Shown: positions 10,500 to 18,408 of the stretch, piece after piece
How the letters are laid out: each line of letters begins with the position of its first letter
Numbering within the stretch: position 1 is the stretch's first letter
NCBI GenBank assembly: GCA_965369865.1
Contig: CBDURU010000023.1
Span: 1-37,388, forward strand
DNA: 37,388 nucleotides
DNA from: an uncultured bacterium
Lineage (GTDB): Bacteria; JAJVIF01; JAPKYR01
Direction: 5' to 3'
Program-made: the position numbers and the translations under genes
Notes under the pieces: generated by a model
Told to the model about the DNA's origin: nothing
The model's database searches: none
Seen by the model: the letters and a program-made list of their open reading frames with translations, nothing else

Positions 10500-10568
10500 T
10501 TGTCCGGGAAGAACAGTTGTGAAGACTACCGAGCGGATTGGTATGGGACGGTATTACGTGTATTGCGT

Positions 10569-11315
10569 ATGAAAGATTACGTTTTACAATTGCCTGCTTT
10601 CGAGGGACCGCTCGACCTTCTGCTCCACTTTGTGAGAACGAAGAAGCTTGAGATCCGTAACCTCCCGATCGCCCCAATCTGCCAGGCCTACCTGGAGTTC
10701 CTGCGTACCTCTAAAGAAATCGACCTCACCCTTTCGTCCGAATGGCTTGCCATGGCCGCCCGGCTTATCTATATTAAGAGCTGTACGCTTCTCCCCAGCC
10801 GCGGACTCGCCGAAGCCCCAGGGACCGAGAGTTTCTGGTCCGATACCGAGGACCCGAAACAAGCCCTCATTCGCGAACTTCTCGACCGTGAACGATTGAT
10901 GGCGATCAGGAATTCGATGCCGGAAATGCGTTCAAAAGAGCTGGTTGGGATATCAAGCTATTCGAGGAACCAGTCTGAAACCGAAGACGATAGCCAGGTC
11001 ACCTACGATCTCGGTGAACTTGGAATTTACGATCTTCTTGATTTATACAGGCGTGTGTTAATTCACCGTGAGACAAGAAACCCAATGGAGATTCAATCGA
11101 AACACCTCAGTCTGGGCGATGTCATCAGGGAAATATTATCCAGATGGCTTCCGAGGGGAGCGAGAAAATTTTTCGTTTCACTCCTTCCTGAGAGTTACAC
11201 AAAACACCAGGTTGTGATGACATTTCTCGCTTTACTTGAACTTGCCAGGGGTGAACGCGTTATACTTACCCAGGCCGATCCGTACGAGCAGCTTGGGATC
11301 GAACGGGTCAGATAA
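10569..11315 (+). CDS. scpA: segregation and condensation protein A (kleisin)
   Basis: FEGPLDLLL at the N-terminus, MAARLIYIKS, C-terminal VMTFLALLEL; adjacent to scpB. Confidence 0.95.
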   Translation: MKDYVLQLPAFEGPLDLLLHFVRTKKLEIRNLPIAPICQAYLEFLRTSKEIDLTLSSEWLAMAARLIYIKSCTLLPSRGLAEAPGTESFWSDTEDPKQALIRELLDRERLMAIRNSMPEMRSKELVGISSYSRNQSETEDDSQVTYDLGELGIYDLLDLYRRVLIHRETRNPMEIQSKHLSLGDVIREILSRWLPRGARKFFVSLLPESYTKHQVVMTFLALLELARGERVILTQADPYEQLGIERVR

Positions 11316-11369
11316 TAATTGCCCGGTTTCAATCGGGATGGACTATAAATAAAAACGAGGTGGCGGTAT

Positions 11370-12023
11370 TTGATTACCGAAAACCCACATAAAAGCGTGA
11401 AAGATATAATTGAAAACCTCCTGTTCCTGGCTAAAGAGCCTATCACTCTCAAAAGGCTTCGCGACAACCTTCCTTATTCGAAAGAGGAAATCCTTGCCGC
11501 GCTTGACAGCCTTCAGGCCGATTACCGGGATCGGGGATTGAAATTAAGGTATACCGCCGGAGGATGGGAATTCACCACCGACCCTGCACTCTCGGGTGAG
11601 ATAGAGAATTTTTACAATCTCCAGCGAAAGAAACGCCTCTCGCGCCAGGCACTTGAAACCCTGACCGTTATAGCCTACAACCAGCCGATTACCCGTACGG
11701 AGATCGAGATGATACGCGGGGTCGGGACTTCCGGAACCCTCCAGACACTTCAGGAATGCGAATTTATCAAGGTGATCGGACAGAAGGATTCAATCGGGCA
11801 TCCATATATCTATGGAACCACCGAAACCTTCCTCAGGCATTTCGGGCTTGACAATGTCAACGAACTTCCACAGCTTGAGTTCGAGGCGGAGGGGATCAAA
11901 CGTCCGGATCTCCGGAAACAACAAGAAGATCAAACCCGGGACGGGGAAATTACACCTGTTGATTTCGGTATGATCAGTGAAACAACCGAAACTCAAAAAA
12001 ATGTACATCAAAAAGGCGCTTAG
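11370..12023 (+). CDS. scpB: segregation and condensation protein B
   Basis: IENLLF, LSRQALETLTVIAYNQPITRTEIEMIRGV, YGTTETFLRHFGL. Confidence 0.95.
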   Translation: MITENPHKSVKDIIENLLFLAKEPITLKRLRDNLPYSKEEILAALDSLQADYRDRGLKLRYTAGGWEFTTDPALSGEIENFYNLQRKKRLSRQALETLTVIAYNQPITRTEIEMIRGVGTSGTLQTLQECEFIKVIGQKDSIGHPYIYGTTETFLRHFGLDNVNELPQLEFEAEGIKRPDLRKQQEDQTRDGEITPVDFGMISETTETQKNVHQKGA

Positions 12024-12882
12024 ATACAGTTCGCTTTACTGTTTAGCTGGGATAATGTCCCTATGGTTATCACTCCCCGTGATCACCGGACCCCCTCCGC
12101 CACTACTTGATTCACCATCTTACCTCCTTATGGACCCCGACACCGGGGAGATAATATATGGAAGAAATATCCATGAAATCCGTCCACCGGCCAGTACGAC
12201 AAAAATTATGACCGCCCTTCTGGCAATTGAATTAGGGAATCCGGACGATCTGGTCACCATCAGTTGGAACGCCGACTCTGAAGGCGGCAGCAGCCTTGGA
12301 ATTAAGGAGGGTGAGCAAATACCGCTCGCCGACCTGACGTACGCGATGCTGGTGCGAAGCGGGAACGATTCCGCGATCGCGGTCGCCGAGCATATCGGTG
12401 GCAGCGTAACCGGTTTCAGCAACCTCATGAACCAGCGGGCCGAAGAACTCAGTATGCGGGATACTTTTTTCAATAACCCGAACGGGATGCCGGACAGCCT
12501 TCATCTTTCAACAGCGTTCGATCTCGCGTTGCTCGCGCGACAGGCTTTAACCCATCCGGAAATCAGGGATTGGGTCGCAACAAGGGAAGTCCATTTCGAT
12601 ATGTTTGGGGATCGGGAAGATGTAACATTCGAAAGCACAAACCATCTTCTCGAACAATACCCTTTATGCAATGGGATAAAAACCGGGTACACTAACGCCG
12701 CGGGTTTCTGCCTGGTTGCGAGTGCCACATACAGGGACAAGACACTGATTGCAGTAGTGCTTGGATGCGAGAGAAATACGCAGTGGCAGCAGGCTGTTGA
12801 GCTCTTTGACTATGGTTTCAGCCTGTACGATCCGGATTATGAGGCATTCCGGGCGTTGTCGGAAATAGGGTCTGTATTTTAA
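12001..12882 (+). CDS. D-alanyl-D-alanine carboxypeptidase (peptidase S11)
   Basis: PASTTK (SxxK), SGND (SxN), GIKTG (KTG); N-terminal hydrophobic signal; start uncertain (11977 or 12001). Confidence 0.9.
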   Translation: MYIKKALRYSSLYCLAGIMSLWLSLPVITGPPPPLLDSPSYLLMDPDTGEIIYGRNIHEIRPPASTTKIMTALLAIELGNPDDLVTISWNADSEGGSSLGIKEGEQIPLADLTYAMLVRSGNDSAIAVAEHIGGSVTGFSNLMNQRAEELSMRDTFFNNPNGMPDSLHLSTAFDLALLARQALTHPEIRDWVATREVHFDMFGDREDVTFESTNHLLEQYPLCNGIKTGYTNAAGFCLVASATYRDKTLIAVVLGCERNTQWQQAVELFDYGFSLYDPDYEAFRALSEIGSVF

Positions 12883-12911
12883 TACCAATTCTGTTAAATA
12901 AAAATTGATTG

Positions 12912-12967
12912 GGTGGGGTACCGTTCACAAGCTAAGCGCCAGGCGGAGCTTGTGGACGAACCGCATC
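12912..12967. repeat. long imperfect hairpin (REP-like)
   Basis: CGTTCACAAGCT (12922-12933) pairs with AGCTTGTGGACG (12947-12958) with one G-U; imperfectly extended outward; no U-tract. Confidence 0.6.
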
Positions 12968-13007
12968 ATAACAATCAAATGATCCGGACACTGCTGTCCC
13001 GAATAAA

Positions 13008-13037
13008 TTGACACTGTAGGTCCCCAAGTAGTATATT
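13008..13037 (+). promoter_or_regulatory. putative sigma70 promoter
   Basis: TTGACA, 18 nt, TATATT; the downstream gene has the RBS AGGAGG. Confidence 0.45.
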
Positions 13038-13163
13038 TAAAAAACGCGAGTTGCAATTCATGTCCTTAGTCTCGCGACTATAATAAAAATTCCATTATTT
13101 TTATTCATAATGGAACTATTACATTACGTTGTTTGGATATCAAATTAGAATAGGAGGCATTCT

Positions 13164-14252
13164 GTGAAATTCAATCAATTTATTCTTAATGCCAATTCAG
13201 TGCATTATTACTTGCTTGCTGTGTGTCTGCTGACGCTTAATATCTCCTGCCAGCAACAGCTGAGTCCACCTCCACAAGAGGAAGAAAATCAAAACGTTCG
13301 TGGTGCCAGTTACGGAGACGGCATACATCTTAACAACCCCAATTATACCGAGGAGATGTTCTTCAAGGCTTCTATGATTGAGGGATTAATATTATTTTCC
13401 ATGGCTGATGGACGGAGTCTTCTTGGATGCAATATGCTGTCAGGTTACGAAACCCTGATCGAAGAGGGTAGCCTGCCGATTATATTTGCAAACCGGTACA
13501 AGGGTAATGACTTGATCAGCACCGCTGAATTCAGTCCGGGTGATATTTTCGTTGATTATGACACCGATGATTCAACGTTTCGATTTTACCTGCACAACGG
13601 GGAACTGGACGCGGCCTACGAACCGGATGCAGTTTCTGATGGATCAAAACTTCCCTGGGCAGGCGGACCAGGCATGTATCTGACCGACGGACGCAGTTTG
13701 TTCATGGAGGAAACAGTAGAGCCAGGTGTATTCATGGTCGATGACCCCGGCGGGTTCCGCGAACGCTTCCATATCCCGCCGGGTGACGATGCCCGAACAA
13801 CGGTCTTCACGGTTTACTACACTATAAACAAAATCATGTATCAGGCTGCGGATATTCTTGTGGGTGGTGTACCCGGCTCGCTCGATGGTTACATTGACCT
13901 GCTTGGCAGAAAAAATCCTGTTGCATGGATTAACCCGTACACCGGTGGGGACATTGAGAAAGTTCCCTGGGTAAAAGTGCCTGTACATCTTGAAACCGGA
14001 CCTCTTGGCCAGTACCCCATCGATCTTGAGGAAGTAAATGATGGGGAGTATGACTCGTCAGATCTTGCCGGTAACTTCTCATTTATTTTGAGACCATCAC
14101 CAACCGTTGAGGGTGAGCTTAGGGCATATGCGCAATTCTATTTCATGGAACCTGATGGATCTGTATCAGCGTACCTGGCACTGGGCCAGGGACCACAAGA
14201 ACGATATAATTCAACAACGATGTGGTCGGAAATGGTTAGCGCAAGCGAATAA
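13164..14252 (+). CDS. hypothetical lipoprotein
   Basis: 362 aa; RBS AGGAGG before GTG; hydrophobic segment ending LNISC (lipobox-like); no family recognised. Confidence 0.65.
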   Translation: MKFNQFILNANSVHYYLLAVCLLTLNISCQQQLSPPPQEEENQNVRGASYGDGIHLNNPNYTEEMFFKASMIEGLILFSMADGRSLLGCNMLSGYETLIEEGSLPIIFANRYKGNDLISTAEFSPGDIFVDYDTDDSTFRFYLHNGELDAAYEPDAVSDGSKLPWAGGPGMYLTDGRSLFMEETVEPGVFMVDDPGGFRERFHIPPGDDARTTVFTVYYTINKIMYQAADILVGGVPGSLDGYIDLLGRKNPVAWINPYTGGDIEKVPWVKVPVHLETGPLGQYPIDLEEVNDGEYDSSDLAGNFSFILRPSPTVEGELRAYAQFYFMEPDGSVSAYLALGQGPQERYNSTTMWSEMVSASE

Positions 14253-14414
14253 ACTCCCATATTGGTTTTCATAAAAAATTACCGAGAAACAAATCTTCCT
14301 GGAATATCAGGGGGAGTTTTCTCTCATTGTGCTGGTTTTTTTCAATAGCAGAAACGCCGTTCGATTCTGTATTCGATCGCTTCACTGAATATCCTTGCCG
14401 TGGCACCTTTACGA

Positions 14415-14804
14415 TTAACTGTCAGACCCCACTCCTGTAACATCTGAGATCACACTTATAATTATTTCCGGAGTGAAAGGTTTTCGAATAAATGCCCTGA
14501 CCCCCTTGCTTTTCAATTCCTCGATTCGCGTCTCGCTTCCATCGGTCGACACAACTATTACCGGGATTGTTTTCAAGAGACCATCATCACTCATTCTCTC
14601 GATCATCTCCACTCCATCCATTACCGGCATATTAAGGTCGGCCAGGATCAGATCGATCAAATTTTTACCGAGGATATCGAGTGCCTCCTTCCCATTTGAA
14701 GCCTCATAGAGTTCATTAATATCCATGCTGCACATGTCCAGGATTCTTCTGATCACTGATCGCATAACCTTCGAATCATCCACAATTAATATGCTTAACG
14801 CCAT
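14415..14804 (-). CDS. cheY: single-domain response regulator (CheY-like)
   Basis: ILIVDDS, DLILADLNMP, IVVST, FIRKPF; RBS AAGGAG. Confidence 0.85.
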   Translation of the reverse strand: MALSILIVDDSKVMRSVIRRILDMCSMDINELYEASNGKEALDILGKNLIDLILADLNMPVMDGVEMIERMSDDGLLKTIPVIVVSTDGSETRIEELKSKGVRAFIRKPFTPEIIISVISDVTGVGSDS

Positions 14805-14986
14805 GGTTCACTCCTTTTCAGCCTGTTCAAATAAAGACGGCAACTCGACCAGAGTATCATCCCCTCTATTCCCGTTTTGGGATCATATAATGTCATGCCG
14901 ACACTCGAGCCAAGAGAGTAGGTAACAATCGTATCATCCGATCGGTTACTGATTTTCATATCTGATATTCCTACTACGTGCTGCAC
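14795..14986 (-). pseudogene. cheD: truncated CheD (chemoreceptor glutamine deamidase) remnant
   Basis: MQHVVGISDMKIS...IVTYSLGSSVGMTLYDP matches the CheD N-terminus, but the catalytic LGSC reads LGSS and similarity ends after about 44 codons. Confidence 0.8.
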
Positions 14987-15118
14987 CCTTCATCTCCTCT
15001 TCGCTGATTCAAAACTTAAAATGTCATTTTCATGCTTTCATTTATTTTCAAATCTAAAAGCTGATTTCAAATCAATTTTACTGAAAATGTTTATCATGCC
15101 GGACAATTGAAACGAACC

Positions 15119-15490
15119 CTACTTGTTTGCGATTGATTTTATGGTCTCCCTGATTTTGGCCGCGATAATCTCCGGGGTAAAAGGTTTTACTATGTAATTA
15201 TTCGCTCCAGCCTTCAGGGCTTCCAGCACACGAGCTTTTTCGGACTCGGTACTGATTATGATTATCGGAACGGATATCCCCCTGCCGCGAATTTTCAGTA
15301 CCGCTTCAATTCCGGACATCTTCGGCATATTCCAGTCCATCAGGACTAAATCGTATGAGTCTTCGATCACGGCCCTTACTGCTTCTTCACCATCCCGCGC
15401 CTCGCCAACATTGGTGATATCGGATTTCTTTAAGGCATCCATTAACACCTTTCTCATCACTGCCGAGTCGTCAACTATCAGAACTTTCAT
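15119..15490 (-). CDS. cheY: single-domain response regulator (CheY-like)
   Basis: MKVLIVDDS, DLVLMDWNMP, IIST, YIVKPF; ATG at 15490, 1 nt after the cheX stop. Confidence 0.85.
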   Translation of the reverse strand: MKVLIVDDSAVMRKVLMDALKKSDITNVGEARDGEEAVRAVIEDSYDLVLMDWNMPKMSGIEAVLKIRGRGISVPIIIISTESEKARVLEALKAGANNYIVKPFTPEIIAAKIRETIKSIANK

Positions 15491-15491
15491 T

Positions 15492-15998
15492 TCAGGCTCC
15501 CCCAGTATCATCAGGGATTTCGAAGGTGACCCTGAGGCTGAAGGCCCCCAGATCGCTTTTGAATGGCACTTCAAGCCAGGCGGTACGCGATGGGTAACCA
15601 ACCTGGTAATCGGTCCCGCGTACAACTGTCGGCAAACTTAAATCAATCGGCGCCCCCATCCCCTTGCGAAGCTTCCCTTTAGCAGACCCAGCAACTATAT
15701 TTACCACCTCCGCTATTCCATCCCGAACGGTATCATCTACTACCCTGACATCCACTCCCAGCATCCGTCCAACCAGTGATAAAGCTGTTCCAACGGGGAA
15801 AGAAAGCGCTACCGTACCACGCATCGGGCCGCTCAGTCCAATCAAGGCAACGATATCGCTTGAAGGAGGAACCTCCCAGTAAACATCTACATCCCCACGT
15901 TCAGCGTTACTGTTCAACATTGTCGAAAACAGCTCACGGACACTCTCGATAAAGGGATTTATATATTCTGCTTTCATTGAATCAGTTTTCTTGTCCAT
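15492..15998 (-). CDS. cheX: CheY-P phosphatase CheX
   Basis: EYINPF, IGLSG..G, EVVNIVAG (ExxN), LSLPTVVRG. Confidence 0.9.
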   Translation of the reverse strand: MDKKTDSMKAEYINPFIESVRELFSTMLNSNAERGDVDVYWEVPPSSDIVALIGLSGPMRGTVALSFPVGTALSLVGRMLGVDVRVVDDTVRDGIAEVVNIVAGSAKGKLRKGMGAPIDLSLPTVVRGTDYQVGYPSRTAWLEVPFKSDLGAFSLRVTFEIPDDTGGA

Positions 15999-16428
15999 AT
16001 TTTATATCACGGCTCCCTAAGACCCAGAATCAAGACAGATAATTCACATTTCCCCTTATTCCCGACAGACCTTCAAGGCTAAGCTGGATCCCCTTCCCAC
16101 TCATAGTATTTCCCTTCCGGGCGGGCACCATCCAAACAGGAAGGCAATCCTCCTTTCATTATATCTATATTTTTAACTTCCGATTTTATACAGCGTGATG
16201 TGTTAATTTTTCCCCGAAAATATTTATAAAATGACATCAATTTTACAACAGGTAAATTAAGACCCATTAAGCTTTATATCCGTATACATGCCTAATATTT
16301 TTATAACTACATTAATACGCTCCCCGATTCCCTTCTTAAATTCCCATTTTTTTGTGTTATTCATCCATTTTTATGTGACATTAACATTGGAATGTGTTAA
16401 TAAGCATCGTTTAATTGTCTTTTAAGAT

Positions 16429-17316
16429 ATGCGACCATGGTATAAATATTCCGAACGAACCGATGATTATCAGACATCGCGCGTAATCACACCTTTCTCG
16501 AAGGTCTGGGGATTCGGTGCACCCGTCACGCTTGGACTTATTATCGCGAATACCGCTATCTGGTTCCTTATGGGTTTTACCAGTTCCCTGAACCTCCTCG
16601 ATCTGCACGATTTCTGGTATACGATCTTCGGAATGACCCCGAGCATGGTTTACAGCGGCCATGTCTACCAGGTAATCACAAACATTTTCTTTCACTCCGG
16701 TGAGGATATCCTCCATCTCCTTTTCAACATGTACCTCCTGTGGCTTTTCGGACCGCGTGTTGAACGAATATTTTCGTCGAGAATGTTCTTCGCTTTCTAC
16801 CTTGTCGCCGGTACCGTCGGAAGCCTCTTGTCTCTCGTGATGAGGACAATCCCCGGCGACCCGATCCTGCTGAATTCCCCGTCTCTGGGTGCGTCGGGGG
16901 CAGTATTTGGGATCCTCGTCGCCTATGGTTTCTTATTCTCGAAAGAAAAACTACTGCTTTTCTTTGTTATACCAATCGAGGCATGGAAGGCTGTTGTCGG
17001 CTTTATTGTTATCGAATCACTGTTTGTGATATTCAACCTCATGGCTAATGTCGATCACTGGGCACATCTTGGCGGAGCTGCCGCGGCTGCGATATGGATG
17101 CTGATTCTAATTAATAAAACCGGGAACAAAACCGAACACGGATGGCATCACGGAGGTCGTCGCGGTCGTACAGTAGATGGATTCTGGGTTAACCCTTCAC
17201 GCTCTGGATCGTCAAAAAAAGGATTCAGAGTAATATTCAGAAAACCCCCTGACAAACAATCCGAACATCCGGAAGGCACCGACGACGAACCGCCCCCGGA
17301 CTGGTTTAAATTGTGA
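16429..17316 (+). CDS. rhomboid family intramembrane serine protease
   Basis: HLLFNM, GASGA (catalytic Ser), HWAHLGG (catalytic His). Confidence 0.92.
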   Translation: MRPWYKYSERTDDYQTSRVITPFSKVWGFGAPVTLGLIIANTAIWFLMGFTSSLNLLDLHDFWYTIFGMTPSMVYSGHVYQVITNIFFHSGEDILHLLFNMYLLWLFGPRVERIFSSRMFFAFYLVAGTVGSLLSLVMRTIPGDPILLNSPSLGASGAVFGILVAYGFLFSKEKLLLFFVIPIEAWKAVVGFIVIESLFVIFNLMANVDHWAHLGGAAAAAIWMLILINKTGNKTEHGWHHGGRRGRTVDGFWVNPSRSGSSKKGFRVIFRKPPDKQSEHPEGTDDEPPPDWFKL

Positions 17317-17402
17317 ATCGAACGTTTTATTGGCCAAACCAATTTTCGGTAATGTCTTAGTTTGAAATTTTTCAGTTCGTTGGTTCTGATCGGTACTCAA
17401 AC

Positions 17403-18143
17403 TCAACGCCTGCTCATGCACGCAGGACACATGCAACCAGGGTCATCAGTTTGTTTATGAGCCAGGCCATGTAAAGTTCCAGCTTCTGAATCAAACCTTT
17501 TTAAGATCTGTTTCATGTATGAGTTATCATCCCGTTCATAATATCTGTAAACGGAATAAGCAACATGGTCAGCTAACTGGATTAACCTAGATGATTTTGA
17601 ATCAGTAAAAAGTGGAACTTCTGGGATATTTTTAACCTGTCCCCAAATTCCACCTTCCGTATCGAATCTCTTTGCCAGCTTTTGCAGGCTTGTTTCGTAA
17701 GAACTTTGATCGAGAATGATTAACCCCCTGTGATTATCGCCTTTAGAATATTGACGACGTAGTTGTATATCGAACCTGCTGCACAAGTCCTCAAATGCCA
17801 GCTCCATTGGATCATTGGCTGGATAAGAATTTTTTTTGACCGCGCACGCAAATGCATTAGTACTTTCATGTGCATCTTCTAAAACATTCAAAACTCCCTT
17901 TATCACAGTCCGTCTTTCGTTTTTAGTCATCCCGTTCCAGGGAGGATTTCTCCCGGAAAATATTTCGGATGCATGAAATTCTACAGACATTGGGTCACGC
18001 GGATTGATTTCGGCTGCGAGTGAATCAAGCTTACGGGAGAGATAATGGACTTGCCTTTCGAAAACTGATATGCCTGCCAGGACAAGGTAATCTTCGTTGG
18101 GGTTTCTGGCTGAACCCGAATCATCAAGGTAGAGCAGGTACAT
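17403..18143 (-). CDS. DUF3800 family protein (RNase H-like acidic motifs) with a C-terminal Cys/His tail
   Basis: MYLLYLDDSG, EFHASE, IILDQ, DSKSSRLIQLADHVAY (QxAD hallmark); RBS AGGAGG at 18150-18155; visibly AT-richer than its neighbours. Confidence 0.85.
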   Translation of the reverse strand: MYLLYLDDSGSARNPNEDYLVLAGISVFERQVHYLSRKLDSLAAEINPRDPMSVEFHASEIFSGRNPPWNGMTKNERRTVIKGVLNVLEDAHESTNAFACAVKKNSYPANDPMELAFEDLCSRFDIQLRRQYSKGDNHRGLIILDQSSYETSLQKLAKRFDTEGGIWGQVKNIPEVPLFTDSKSSRLIQLADHVAYSVYRYYERDDNSYMKQILKRFDSEAGTLHGLAHKQTDDPGCMCPACMSRR

Positions 18144-18155
18144 ATTATACCTCCT

Positions 18156-18225
18156 AAAAAAGAAATGCAGCCGAGTGGAGAAACTCCAACGGACCGCGAT
18201 ACCGCAGCCCTCTCAACCGCATTAA
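18156..18225 (-). ncRNA. structured three-way-junction RNA upstream of the DUF3800 gene (candidate DUF3800-associated RNA motif)
   Basis: P1 AAUGCGGUUGAG/CUCGGCUGCAUU (12 bp, 3 G-U); P2 GGGCUGCG-GUAU-CGCGGUCC (8 bp, 2 G-U); P3 UGGAG-UUU-CUCCA; followed by UCUUUUUU. Confidence 0.75.
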
Positions 18226-18226
18226 T

Positions 18227-18276
18227 TATTTACCATAATTATCATTGTTTGTCAATATGATAAACATGATAACTAT
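18227..18276 (-). promoter_or_regulatory. promoter for the RNA/DUF3800 unit with an overlapping imperfect palindrome
   Basis: TTGACA (18255-18250), 17 nt spacer ending TGG, weak -10 TAAATA; palindrome at 18235-18276 covers the -35. Confidence 0.5.
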
Positions 18277-18408
18277 AAATTTACTTTTTTCATAATTAGT
18301 AATGGCTTGTCAAAATATTTATCCCAAATTTTTTTCAATCTAATACACTACCCAATTTCATTCCTTATCCCAAACGCACGCTGGAAACGGGTATAATATT
18401 CCATTAGT

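Noticed and set aside
15999..16428. c-di-GMP riboswitch or small gene upstream of cheX
   Set aside because: There is a purine-rich stretch and a CCTTCC/GGAAGG pairing on the minus strand, but the GCAAA..GAAA..GACGCAAAG c-di-GMP-I consensus is absent and the short ORFs lack support.
18156..18225. tRNA or known riboswitch
   Set aside because: Only two inner arms, no TTCGA T-loop or CCA end, and no riboswitch consensus that I recognise.
17317..18408. IS or transposon boundaries around the DUF3800 cassette
   Set aside because: No terminal inverted repeats or target-site duplication could be identified by eye; only short AT-rich matches such as ATCCCAAA twice on one side.
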